From the NCBI GenBank assembly GCA_043797085.1, contig JAZDQA010000013.1, positions 241,140-305,139 on the forward strand: a DNA stretch of 64,000 nt, in the 5' to 3' direction. This DNA comes from Pseudomonadota bacterium. GTDB lineage: Bacteria; Campylobacterota; Campylobacteria; Campylobacterales; Sulfurimonadaceae. The notes under the pieces were generated by a model. That model saw only the letters and a list, made by a program, of their open reading frames with translations. It did no database searches and had not been told where the DNA came from. A program made the position numbers and the translations under genes. This document shows positions 31,155-40,931 of the stretch, piece after piece. Each line of letters begins with the position of its first letter. Position 1 is the stretch's first letter.

Positions 31155-31961
31155 TCAACTCTCTGATTCGCTCAAAAACGCATCACGAGCCAAAACGGCT
31201 GCACCGTAGGATGTTGTAATTTGCGGAAATTCAGGGACAAAAATTTTGTGTCCTAGTTCATTTTCTATCGCGCTTACAAGCCCACCATTTAATGCCGGTC
31301 CTCCGTCAAAGTAGACATTTTCTTTGACCCCGACTCGCTTCACGAGTTTCACGATCCGTTTGGCAATCGAATAATGAACTCCCGAAACGATGTCTTCCAC
31401 GCTGTGACCATTACCTAAAAGTCCTATGATTTCAGACTCAGCAAAAACCGCACACGTACTGCTGATCGAAAGCGGTGTCCCTTTGGATTGAAAATGAAAA
31501 TCGCCAAGTTCATCCACTCCGATTTCCAAATTCATCGCGACCACATCGAGAAATTTTCCCGTTCCTGCCGCGCATCGGTCATTCATTGCAAAATTGACTA
31601 CATTTCCCTCAGCATCCAGTGAAATCGCCTTGCTGTCTTGTCCGCCGATGTTAATGATGGTTTTTATCTCTCCATACTCTTTGGCTGCTTGTTGCGCACC
31701 GATGGCATTGGCGGTAATTTCACTGATGTTTTCATCCGCCTCTTTAAAAAGTTTACGCCCATATCCTGTAGCTACCGTATAGACCACCTCACTCTCATCA
31801 ATACCTAACTCTTTTAACAGCTCCGCCAACGCCTCTTGTGCGTATTTGTAAAACATACTCCCACTCGCGCTGATTTTATGCCCGACTAAATTTTTATTTT
31901 CATCTGCAACACTAATCTTGATTGCGGTAGAGCCGATGTCGATACCTACAAAATATTTCAT
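31155..31961 (-). CDS. CoA-substrate-specific enzyme activase (HgdC/BadF-type ASKHA ATPase; DCCP-reductase-like)
   Basis: GIDIGST, ATGYGR, SEITA, IGGQDSK, MNDRCAAGTG, STCAVFAESE. Confidence 0.95.
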   Translation of the reverse strand: MKYFVGIDIGSTAIKISVADENKNLVGHKISASGSMFYKYAQEALAELLKELGIDESEVVYTVATGYGRKLFKEADENISEITANAIGAQQAAKEYGEIKTIINIGGQDSKAISLDAEGNVVNFAMNDRCAAGTGKFLDVVAMNLEIGVDELGDFHFQSKGTPLSISSTCAVFAESEIIGLLGNGHSVEDIVSGVHYSIAKRIVKLVKRVGVKENVYFDGGPALNGGLVSAIENELGHKIFVPEFPQITTSYGAAVLARDAFLSESES

Positions 31962-33229
31962 TTTTTCATTCTCTTTCGATTTTTTAATGACTCGATAAAT
32001 GCTTCAACCCGTGTGGTAAGCTGTCCTTGTTGCGATGGGCTGTACTCGCTCTCGATGTAGAGGATCGGGATACCCTCTCGCTCCATCGCGGCCAAAACAC
32101 TGCGCTGTTCCATCTCATACACTTGACACCCTGCAAATGCTTGGTAGATCACCCCATCACCGTTATAACTGCGAACCAATTGGATGATTCTGCGGATTCG
32201 GTCGTCGTTTTGGGTAAATATCGGGCAGGTACACGCTTTGAGATATTTATCCGAAACCGAATCGATCATGTCGTAGAGATTCCACTCATCCACTGCCACC
32301 ATATCGTTAAACATACGGTTCGAGCTGCACGTCTCATCGGCGACGATGATGGCATCGCTCTCTTCGATAATGAGGGGGATTTTATAGTTGGGGAAAATCG
32401 GTGGGGAACCTGTATAAACGATTCTCGGGCTTGCTTTTCCTGCCACATTGATACCTTCAATTACCCGTTGTTCCAACTCTGCGACCAGTTTCTCAACAGC
32501 ACTTATCCATTCGTCTATCTTGTCAAAAAAGAATGCGTTGGTAACCAAAAACATATCGACACCCAAGATAGGGACAATTTTATTTTTTCGAAAATCGGTA
32601 AGTTTATGATAAAGCGATTGTGCATATCCGACCTTTTTAATCGCACTCTCCAGATTGGTTCGTGTCAACTTTTTACCTTGAAACTTCGAGAGTTCAACGG
32701 CAAAATGTTTGACACTTTCGCGCCAATAATGGCGGCTCTCTTCACTCTCTTTGGTTCGTGGAAATCCAACATCGATAATCGTATGTCCCAAATTCTCGAT
32801 GATCGCACCCGCTTTGGTTTTTTGATCGCACGTCGTCGGTGAAAAGGTAATATCTGGCTTATCGGTAAAATTATCCGATGCGAACAATCCCACCGTCGCT
32901 TTAACCAGCGGACACGATTTGGAAGGCATCAAATCACTTCCGATTTCATCGTCGGTATAAAATCCGTTGCACAGTCGAATCGGCACACCATCAAGGGCAT
33001 AAATGATTTCAGAAGGGATTTGGATACACATCGTCCCGATTTTTGTTTTCCCTTCATGCAGAGGTTCGTGATGACAATAGACTTTTTCAAACAAATCGTA
33101 AAAATAATCCATACTCTTGATTGGGGATTTAAAATCCTCTTTCAACGCATTAATAACATGGATCGCCTCCATCGCTTTATGGCGATTTTGTCTCTCTTTT
33201 GCTGTTTCTATTGTATGTTCAGTGTTCAT
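31958..33229 (-). CDS. 2-hydroxyacyl-CoA dehydratase-family protein with double-cubane cluster protein (DCCP)-like Cys pattern
   Basis: Start MNTEH at 33229 after AAAGGA (423 aa); GTMC, SCPLVK, TTCD.K, DETC, CTC, AGC, GQLTTRVEAF. Confidence 0.85.
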   Translation of the reverse strand: MNTEHTIETAKERQNRHKAMEAIHVINALKEDFKSPIKSMDYFYDLFEKVYCHHEPLHEGKTKIGTMCIQIPSEIIYALDGVPIRLCNGFYTDDEIGSDLMPSKSCPLVKATVGLFASDNFTDKPDITFSPTTCDQKTKAGAIIENLGHTIIDVGFPRTKESEESRHYWRESVKHFAVELSKFQGKKLTRTNLESAIKKVGYAQSLYHKLTDFRKNKIVPILGVDMFLVTNAFFFDKIDEWISAVEKLVAELEQRVIEGINVAGKASPRIVYTGSPPIFPNYKIPLIIEESDAIIVADETCSSNRMFNDMVAVDEWNLYDMIDSVSDKYLKACTCPIFTQNDDRIRRIIQLVRSYNGDGVIYQAFAGCQVYEMEQRSVLAAMEREGIPILYIESEYSPSQQGQLTTRVEAFIESLKNRKRMKK

Positions 33230-34232
33230 TATTATCCTTTCTCTGATCCATCGCCATACGCACAAGAAAGCCTTCTTTGGTCGATTCGAAAATAGTGGCT
33301 CCCATAAAATTAGCCTCCAAACATCCCTCTTCAGGACACGCTGCGATACATTTGAGACAAAGGGTACAATCTTCAGTAACTAAATTTTTGCTCGTCACAT
33401 CATCGGCGATTTCGAGAATGTCCATATCACACGCATGATAGCAATCCCCGCATTTGGTACATTTAGCTCCATCTTTATAAAGCTTCAATAAGGCGGGTTT
33501 GGAAAAAATATATTGCAATGCCGCCATCGGGCAAAAGTAGCAAAAAAACCGTTTTTTGACAAACGACCCCACTAAAAACAGTCCTGTTATAATCATCCCT
33601 AGTGCCGTCATAACCATATCTGTCTTCGACGAAAAATCAATGTAGAACTGATTAAAATGACCTGTAAATGCCGGAATCATCATCCGTCCGGGACAAATAT
33701 CGCAAAATGGCATTGAGAGCCCATTGGGAAGTTTCGGAAGACCAAATACCGAGTTGGCAATCATCACGGGGAGCAAGAGCAAAAGAATTAAAAGAATGTA
33801 TTTGATACTTTTGATTTTTCCACGATTCGCCCATGAGTATTCACTGTAACGGATTCTGGATTTTTCACGCAACATCGTGAGCCAGTCTTGCATCGTCCCA
33901 AGAGGGCACACAAATCCACACCACCCTTTGTTCAACACCCAAAACCACACCATAAACATCCCAAGGGATATGAGAAAAGCGTATCCGGCAAATCCCATAA
34001 ACATATCAATCGGATGTTTCAAATCATGTTGAAGTTCCCCCACATAACACTTTCCGCCCGTCCCTTCTCCGTTAAATACACACGCAAAAGTAGGAAGCTT
34101 ATCGCCCAAATCGAGTCCGACATATCCGCCGTACACCATTAGAACAAACGCAACGATCTGAAACCAAAACCGAAACCGCACGAGGTTCATATTATTGACT
34201 GCACGACGGAGACTAAATTTATTCTTCGTCAA
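33219..34232 (-). CDS. NapH/MauN-type membrane polyferredoxin
   Basis: TM helices; WCGFVCP, FCDICP, FCYFCP, CTKCGDCYHAC, CTLCLKCIAACP. Confidence 0.9.
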   Translation of the reverse strand: MTKNKFSLRRAVNNMNLVRFRFWFQIVAFVLMVYGGYVGLDLGDKLPTFACVFNGEGTGGKCYVGELQHDLKHPIDMFMGFAGYAFLISLGMFMVWFWVLNKGWCGFVCPLGTMQDWLTMLREKSRIRYSEYSWANRGKIKSIKYILLILLLLLPVMIANSVFGLPKLPNGLSMPFCDICPGRMMIPAFTGHFNQFYIDFSSKTDMVMTALGMIITGLFLVGSFVKKRFFCYFCPMAALQYIFSKPALLKLYKDGAKCTKCGDCYHACDMDILEIADDVTSKNLVTEDCTLCLKCIAACPEEGCLEANFMGATIFESTKEGFLVRMAMDQRKDNNEH

Positions 34233-35172
34233 AATAGATCTCCTTGGGCGTTTTGCGCTTGCGTCGTCGGTTGTAATAAAGCCCCAGCGAAAAGACCAAC
34301 ATCACCCCAATAGCGGTTGCGAAGCCTAATACTTTTGATTCGTATTCCAGCGGAGATGCACCAAAGGAGAGAGGCAAAGTCATTACATAATGAACAGCAT
34401 GATATTTTTCTGTGCCGTAGATTCCCGATTCATTCACATCGTATGACGCTTCAACAATCATCTTTTCGGAACGCTTTTTTTCTTTTTCGGTTGCCGCATA
34501 GGTACTGCGCGGAATCTCAAATGAGGTCATCCCCTCTTCATCGGGTTGAATCGTGGCATTCCAGCCGCTCTCCATGCTCACTTTTAACGGAACATCTTTT
34601 TGTACTACCCCTTTATAATAAATCGTGAAAGGGGCAATATCACCCGAATACAAACAACAGTTAATATGGTGTTTTCGAATCGGTTTCTCCATAATCAACT
34701 CAAACGGAAGCTGTGCGAGAGGTTCATGATCGTAATGGGAATCGTTCGTTTTCCCACGGATCTCTTTAAGTAGCGTTTGAGAGATATTCCCCTCTTTGTT
34801 ATGAATTCTTACCGATGAAAGATTTACATGAAGGACACCATCTTGAACGGATTTTTGTTCAAAATAAAGACGATAGCCCCCTTTGTGTACCGGAGTAAAA
34901 GAAATTTTCCCTCCCGACACATCCAGCTTTGTTACCGCATGATCCATATCGCGAACATAGACAACCGTATTATTTAAATCACGGACTTTTTTATTCTCAT
35001 CGAATGTCCCTTTTTTGATGAAAAATTCTTTGGCTTCTACTGTTTTATCCCCTGCCTTGCAACACGATTTTTTCTTGGATTCATCCATCCATACAAAATC
35101 ATCCCCAAAAAGAGGCAATGACCCATACGTGATCGCAATGACCAAAAATGTTTTTGATAGGATCGATTTCAT
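34219..35172 (-). CDS. Periplasmic protein with C-terminal membrane anchor (DUF4198-like)
   Basis: Signal peptide, PFELI, YYKG, ...DEEG..SF; terminal TM plus basic tail; two CC motifs. Confidence 0.65.
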   Translation of the reverse strand: MKSILSKTFLVIAITYGSLPLFGDDFVWMDESKKKSCCKAGDKTVEAKEFFIKKGTFDENKKVRDLNNTVVYVRDMDHAVTKLDVSGGKISFTPVHKGGYRLYFEQKSVQDGVLHVNLSSVRIHNKEGNISQTLLKEIRGKTNDSHYDHEPLAQLPFELIMEKPIRKHHINCCLYSGDIAPFTIYYKGVVQKDVPLKVSMESGWNATIQPDEEGMTSFEIPRSTYAATEKEKKRSEKMIVEASYDVNESGIYGTEKYHAVHYVMTLPLSFGASPLEYESKVLGFATAIGVMLVFSLGLYYNRRRKRKTPKEIYFDEE

Positions 35173-35174
35173 AA

Positions 35175-37451
35175 TTAAAAATTTGCCGATAAATTAATCG
35201 TTACACCACGCCCTGGCATACGATAGTATTCATAATACTCTTTATCCAATAGGTTATCTATCATCACGCTGGCTTTTATATTTTTGTTGATTTTATAATC
35301 TGCTTTCAAGTCAACAACTGTATATTTACTATAACCTGTCCATATACCCTTAACTATATCCGAATTGTCATTGCTGTTAAATACTTCTCCTACATAACGA
35401 CCTGAAAGTGCTCCTGAATAATCTCCATATTGAGCTAAGAATGCCAAAGTTGCCGTATCTTTAGGGACATTGGTTACCCGCTTTCCTTCCATCCCCGTAT
35501 TGGTATTATCTTTGGTAATTTTAGAATCCGTATACGAGTAGCTCCCACGCACTTCCAACCAATTTACTAAAGGATATTCTCCTGAGAGTTCAATCCCTTT
35601 TGCCAACGCTTCTCCAGTATTTTCCTGTTTAGCAATATAATCAACCACTTTGTTGATGATTGGATCGGTATATTGAGGTACTTTGGTAATTTTTTGATAA
35701 ATCAAATCGGTTGTCTTGGTTACAAAACACGTAGCCATTACCTTTCCGCCATCCACAAAGTGATATTCAACTCCAAGATCAAACGCTTTTGCTTTCTCAG
35801 GCTTCAAATCCGGATTTGAATAAATCATCTTTCCATTGGGTGCTGCGTTACCTGAAAAAGTAGGATTAGCAAAAAGATAATAGTTTGTCGGCGCACGGAA
35901 TCCTGTCCCTACCGAACTTTTAATCGACGTTCGATCATTGACCATATAAACAGCGGCGATTTTTGGGCTAAATGATGATTCCTTGCGATCTGAATACACA
36001 GTCGTCCCCGGAACAGAGCCTGTGGTCACAACACCTACCCCACCCGCTTTCCACATATCATATCGCCCACCTACGTACAACAATAGATCATCATTAACCG
36101 CAATTTGGTCTTGAAGAAAAATTGAGTTCGTAATACTTCTAGCATCAATCCGATCCAGCTCCGCCGTTTTGGTATCCATATTCGTCCAATCCGAAACCGC
36201 GTATTTTTTCTGATGAAGACGCCCAACTTCCGTCGCAACACCCGTAATCAATAAATGGCTATCACCAATAGGAGTAGTCAGCTGTGCTGAAGCATTGGTT
36301 GTACTATTAGGTGAATTACTAAGCGTCCCAGCACCAGAGGTCAATGTTGCCGTTGCACCAATAGCAGAGCTCCAATACTCACGATCAATTTTCCCAAAAT
36401 TGAGACTCAACTTACTGTCTCCCAATTTTCCATCATATCCAGCAAAATAGCGCAATGCAGTATTACCCATCGGAACAGAACCGGCAAAATCTTGTTCTTT
36501 AATCGTAGTCGCTTTGCCGTTTAGATTTAGGCTTGTTGCCGTTGTCCCTATTGCGATTGGATTCCCACTTGTATCAGTCAAATAACTATTGTATCCACGA
36601 TTCAGACTCTTTGCATCGGAATAAGCGAAACCTGCATTCACGGTTGAAGTTGGAGAGAGATCATAATAGAGTTTCGCATGAATATTTTTCTCCATAGAGG
36701 CATTAGTTCCCTTATCCCCGACAATATAAGTAGTTGCTCCCGCCGTTGTGGTGGTTTGTGTCGCACCATTAACAACAACAGCACTACCAGCAGGTGTCCC
36801 AGTAGGTGTTTTGGTTACATACTCGGCGATATATCCTTCACGATAGTTTTCAGAGACTCCAAATACAACCCCAAGACCATTTTTGAATTTATTGCGGTAC
36901 AACGCACTTGCATGATCTCCCGATGCATCACCAAAACCTTTGCCAACATTAAACGACATTTCCTCTTTCGTCGGTGCTTTGGTCGTAATACTAATAACTC
37001 CACCTACTGCGTTACTACCGTATAATGAGGAACCAACCCCCGGCACTACCTCAATACGATCCACATCATCCATTGTAACCATAGACCAGTTAACTTGACC
37101 CGAATAGGCATCGACCATATTCATCCCATCTACCAAGACTGCCATCTTGGTCAATGTTCCCCCTGCACCTCGCATAACAAGATATCCTGTTGCACCAGGT
37201 CTAGAATTACCCAATGCTCCTCCTCGCAGATAAAGCCCAGGGACTTTAGCATTTAACGCATCCCCTATACGCGGTGTGTTCATTTTTTCCATATCTTCAG
37301 CCGTTACTACTGAAACATTCACTGGAGCTTCCAATGTTGATTGCTCAATTTTTGATGCACTTATAGACACATCCCCCAAATTAACCGTTTCAGTAGCATA
37401 GGCGCTACTGCAAAATATAACTGCCGCCATTGATAGCTTAACTACTTGCAT
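35175..37451 (-). CDS. TonB-dependent outer membrane receptor
   Basis: ATG 37451 after AAGGA; VPGL, DRIEVV.G..SSLYG..A.GGVI.I.TK, GFRAP, NPDLKPE, NLLDK.Y, terminal Phe. Confidence 0.95.
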   Translation of the reverse strand: MQVVKLSMAAVIFCSSAYATETVNLGDVSISASKIEQSTLEAPVNVSVVTAEDMEKMNTPRIGDALNAKVPGLYLRGGALGNSRPGATGYLVMRGAGGTLTKMAVLVDGMNMVDAYSGQVNWSMVTMDDVDRIEVVPGVGSSLYGSNAVGGVISITTKAPTKEEMSFNVGKGFGDASGDHASALYRNKFKNGLGVVFGVSENYREGYIAEYVTKTPTGTPAGSAVVVNGATQTTTTAGATTYIVGDKGTNASMEKNIHAKLYYDLSPTSTVNAGFAYSDAKSLNRGYNSYLTDTSGNPIAIGTTATSLNLNGKATTIKEQDFAGSVPMGNTALRYFAGYDGKLGDSKLSLNFGKIDREYWSSAIGATATLTSGAGTLSNSPNSTTNASAQLTTPIGDSHLLITGVATEVGRLHQKKYAVSDWTNMDTKTAELDRIDARSITNSIFLQDQIAVNDDLLLYVGGRYDMWKAGGVGVVTTGSVPGTTVYSDRKESSFSPKIAAVYMVNDRTSIKSSVGTGFRAPTNYYLFANPTFSGNAAPNGKMIYSNPDLKPEKAKAFDLGVEYHFVDGGKVMATCFVTKTTDLIYQKITKVPQYTDPIINKVVDYIAKQENTGEALAKGIELSGEYPLVNWLEVRGSYSYTDSKITKDNTNTGMEGKRVTNVPKDTATLAFLAQYGDYSGALSGRYVGEVFNSNDNSDIVKGIWTGYSKYTVVDLKADYKINKNIKASVMIDNLLDKEYYEYYRMPGRGVTINLSANF

Positions 37452-37493
37452 TAATATCCTTGTATTAAATAAATCCAAGAATTATTTCAAAGT

Positions 37494-37534
37494 AGTGTTA
37501 CATTTGTGTTAAGTCTTAACAGTAATGTAACACT
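37494..37534. promoter_or_regulatory. 41-bp palindrome in a divergent promoter, probable operator
   Basis: AGTGTTACATT-tg-TGTTAAG-t-CTTAACA-gt-AATGTAACACT; 18 of 20 positions pair. Confidence 0.7.
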
Positions 37535-37580
37535 TTTCTTTCATACTTACACAAATAAATCTTAGTAAGAAGCTATTTTA

Positions 37581-38234
37581 ATGATGCAATCGTTACCTCT
37601 TTTTTCATTGTTTCTTATTGCATTATCCTATGGTGCAACGGCATGTATGCTCTCGTGTATGCCTATCCTTTCCCCGATTCTTTTAGCCAACAGCGCCACA
37701 CGCCAAGAAAGCCTTCGAGTCCTTATCCCCATCACCGCAGGTCGCATTAGCGGTTATACACTCTTAGCAGTTATTGCCTTCACAGGAGCAGTCTTTGTCC
37801 AATCACTGCTCAAAGATAAAACCTTAATGGGCTATGTTTTAGGAGCTGTAACCCTGCTGCTTGCACTCAAACAACTGCTCGCCATTCGGACAAAACAAAC
37901 CTGTTGCGCTCAAACCACACAACCCAGCAAAAGCACCAATACCACCCTTTTTGCGACGGGACTTCTTCTATCGATGTCCATTTGCGCACCCGTTGCTACC
38001 ATGATGACACTCAGTGCAACCGCTCCCTCATTGGGCTGGGCAGCTTTATACGGATTGTTTTTCGGGCTGGGAGCTACGCTGTTGTGGTTTTTCTTTTTTT
38101 CCGTTGTTCTAACAACCGCACTCAAAGAAAGCCTTAATCACCTATCACGCTATCGACGCACCATTGAAATAATGGCTCCGATTTTATTGGCGTGTGTCGG
38201 AATTTTAATTTTTAATGGATGGATACGACTATGA
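37581..38234 (+). CDS. DsbD_2/CcdA/UreH-like six-TM protein
   Basis: CMLSCMP, GRISGY, ICAP, FFGLG motifs. Confidence 0.8.
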   Translation: MMQSLPLFSLFLIALSYGATACMLSCMPILSPILLANSATRQESLRVLIPITAGRISGYTLLAVIAFTGAVFVQSLLKDKTLMGYVLGAVTLLLALKQLLAIRTKQTCCAQTTQPSKSTNTTLFATGLLLSMSICAPVATMMTLSATAPSLGWAALYGLFFGLGATLLWFFFFSVVLTTALKESLNHLSRYRRTIEIMAPILLACVGILIFNGWIRL

Positions 38235-38935
38235 CTATAACCATGACCCCTCAGACCAAAGCTTTTGGACTCTCCTTCGCGTTGCACACCTTAATGGCGC
38301 TTCTTGCGATGTTAGCACTTACGCGGATGTACCATCCTGTTAATCTGGATGTTATCCCAATGAAACATGTCACTCTTGTGACACTATCTCATGTGACTCC
38401 AATGCCCATACAACCCACAATCACACCGCCAACCACAACAATCACACAACCCGCTCCCACACAGCCCATCACAAAACCAATCGTGCCTACCAAAACCCAA
38501 CCTATTGTGACTCAAACAATACCTGTACCCTCCATTCCTGCTGTCGTACATCAAGCTATACCTACAGAAACAAAACCTGTTGTAGTCGCGGAAACAAAAG
38601 CTATACCTGTTCAAGCCGTCATTCCCTCAAAACCAAAAATCGATACAACCTCTGAAAAAAAATTGTTCTATGCCTCATTACGTACAAAAATCCAACAAAA
38701 CCTTCGCTATCCGTTTGCCGCAAGACGTGTAGGGAAAGAGGGAGAAGTTGGTGTTCGCTTCACACTTTCTGATGATGGTTCAATCCGTAATATCTCAGTT
38801 CAACGCGGTGAAGAAATTTTTCATAACGCCGCCAAAGCAGCCGTTGCATCAACCGCCGGTATCGATATTCCTAAAAATCTTATCGACTCTCTGCCAGTAG
38901 AGATGGATTTAACCCTCGAATTTAAGCTTAACTAA
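38219..38935 (+). CDS. tonB: TonB energy transducer
   Basis: SFALH (SxxxH) TM, Pro/Thr-rich linker, YPFAARR.GKEGEV.V.F. Confidence 0.92.
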   Translation: MDTTMTITMTPQTKAFGLSFALHTLMALLAMLALTRMYHPVNLDVIPMKHVTLVTLSHVTPMPIQPTITPPTTTITQPAPTQPITKPIVPTKTQPIVTQTIPVPSIPAVVHQAIPTETKPVVVAETKAIPVQAVIPSKPKIDTTSEKKLFYASLRTKIQQNLRYPFAARRVGKEGEVGVRFTLSDDGSIRNISVQRGEEIFHNAAKAAVASTAGIDIPKNLIDSLPVEMDLTLEFKLN

Positions 38936-39011
38936 TATACTATTTAATTATTTTAATTATAATACTAGTGTATTCTATTAAAATACTATCTTGCAAAATT
39001 GGAGAAACAAA

Positions 39012-39395
39012 ATGTCCAAAAAAACATTTTTAAAAATAAGTGCATTGATTGCACTTGCGGTAACGATCCCTCAAAGTTTTGCGCAAGCAAACGGTGAATC
39101 TCTTTTTGAACAAAAATGCGCCATGTGCCATTTGAAACAAAGACCCTCAGCCGATGAGATGAAAAATATGATTGCGCCCCCGATGATGGGTGTTATGCGC
39201 CACGTCAAACAAGCAAAAACAAACCGCACTGAAGCAATCGCATTTATCGCCGACTATCTCTTTGCTCCGTCCCAAAAAAGTGCCGTTTGTCTTCCTGAGT
39301 CGATTGCAAGATTTGGCGTCATGCCCTCACAAAAAGACAATCTTACAAAAGAAGAGGCGCAAACGGTTTCTGCCTATATTTACGATACTTTTTGA
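39012..39395 (+). CDS. Periplasmic monoheme cytochrome c
   Basis: Signal peptide, CAMCH, APPM, FGVMP. Confidence 0.9.
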   Translation: MSKKTFLKISALIALAVTIPQSFAQANGESLFEQKCAMCHLKQRPSADEMKNMIAPPMMGVMRHVKQAKTNRTEAIAFIADYLFAPSQKSAVCLPESIARFGVMPSQKDNLTKEEAQTVSAYIYDTF

Positions 39396-39543
39396 GCGGA
39401 TCGTAATCCGTTTGACTGATGGTACACACCTAATTATAATGTGAAACACTATTTCTATATCCATCCTAACTACAAGCAAATTTTAGTTGACTTTATGCTA
39501 CGATATTAATTATTTGAATAAATCTAGTCATTGAGGATTTTGT

Positions 39544-40530
39544 GTGTACCTAAGATTTCTATCCTTTTTTTTCGTCGCTTTGACCTCATCGATGTATGCC
39601 GATGGCTATGAGTTTGGTCATGGGTACACACTCAACGACTCGTTAACGGTCGGCGGCTACATCTCTTCTGAATTTGACTCCAACAAACAAACGGAAAAAT
39701 TAACAATCGATGATGTCGCGATGATGGCATACGGTAATGTTGGATCGAATTTTTCTTATTTAGCCGAAATGGAAGCGATAGGCTTTTATTATAAAAATCT
39801 TACCGATGGCAATGAAGGTGGAAGTCAAAAATTTCATGTTGAACGGTTATATGGTGATATTTGGGTATCAGATGACTTTAATTTTCGTGTGGGAAAACAA
39901 ATAGCCCCCATAGGGTATTGGAATCTTGAACCGATCAATGTTCTGCGAGACACCACGTCAAATCCTCTCTACAGTATGCTTTTATTCCCCAAATTTTTAA
40001 CCGGTATCAATATGAACGGCTATCTTGGCGATACAACCCGCTATCACCTCTTCGGTCAAATAACCCATGATCTGGATGAAGAATATATCAACATCCCCAA
40101 TACCCATTTTTACGGTTTATCCCTAGAACATGAACTCTCAACGGACACAAATTTTGGTGGAAGCATCGGAGAGTTTATCGCATTGGCGACCGATGAAAAA
40201 ACACAATTCATCCAAGGAAATCTAAAAAGCGACAACGGCACTCTTTTTCTAAGCGTAGAAGCAATCGCCGCCAAAACCGACTATCACCATACCAAAAACG
40301 ATTTTACCCTCAGCGGATACATCCAAAGTGTTTACCATTTTTCCAACGAACATGCCCTCGTAGGACGATATGAATATTATAATGACCAACATCGTGATTA
40401 TAAAGACCATATCGGTATTTTAGGATACAGCTACCGTCCCATCTATCCCATCTCCCTCAAAGGGGAATACCAATGGCACTCGCAACACGATGAAAATCGT
40501 GCACTTTTTTCATTCTCGGTACTCTTCTGA
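39544..40530 (+). CDS. Outer membrane beta-barrel/porin
   Basis: Signal peptide, alternating beta strands, terminal FSVLF. Confidence 0.75.
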   Translation: MYLRFLSFFFVALTSSMYADGYEFGHGYTLNDSLTVGGYISSEFDSNKQTEKLTIDDVAMMAYGNVGSNFSYLAEMEAIGFYYKNLTDGNEGGSQKFHVERLYGDIWVSDDFNFRVGKQIAPIGYWNLEPINVLRDTTSNPLYSMLLFPKFLTGINMNGYLGDTTRYHLFGQITHDLDEEYINIPNTHFYGLSLEHELSTDTNFGGSIGEFIALATDEKTQFIQGNLKSDNGTLFLSVEAIAAKTDYHHTKNDFTLSGYIQSVYHFSNEHALVGRYEYYNDQHRDYKDHIGILGYSYRPIYPISLKGEYQWHSQHDENRALFSFSVLF

Positions 40531-40931
40531 TGAAAAATCTATTGATAATTAGCCTGCTATGCGGAAGTTTATCAGCATCTGAGTATAGCGTTATTATTTC
40601 TAAAAAAATTTCTGTGATCGAAACATCTTCGCAACAGATACGAGATCTTTACCTCATGAAACGTCACACCATCGGGAATCAAAAGATTATCCCTCTTAAT
40701 CTACTAGGACAAGACGCTTCTCGAATCGCATTTGAAAATGAGATACTAAAAATGGATCGAGACCGACTTAATACCTATTGGATAAAACAACATTTCCAAG
40801 GGATCACCCCTCCTGTTACGCAACCTTCTCACGAATCCATCAAAGCATTCGTCCAAAACGTCGAGGGTGCTATCGGCTACATCCCCTCATATATGGTCGA
40901 TTCAAACGTAAAGGTGATTTATGAGTTTTAA
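40530..40931 (+). CDS. Small periplasmic-binding-protein-like (PstS-like fragment) protein
   Basis: Signal peptide, IRDLYL, YW....F.G..PP, FV...EGAIGYI. Confidence 0.75.
   Translation: MKNLLIISLLCGSLSASEYSVIISKKISVIETSSQQIRDLYLMKRHTIGNQKIIPLNLLGQDASRIAFENEILKMDRDRLNTYWIKQHFQGITPPVTQPSHESIKAFVQNVEGAIGYIPSYMVDSNVKVIYEF

Noticed and set aside
32027..32842. 271-aa plus-strand ORF
   Set aside because: Antisense shadow of the HAD/DCCP-like gene
31155..33229. Amino-acid fermentation (hgd/fld/had) or benzoyl-CoA reductase pathway
   Set aside because: Only one dehydratase-like subunit and no CoA transferase, dehydrogenase or ETF genes nearby
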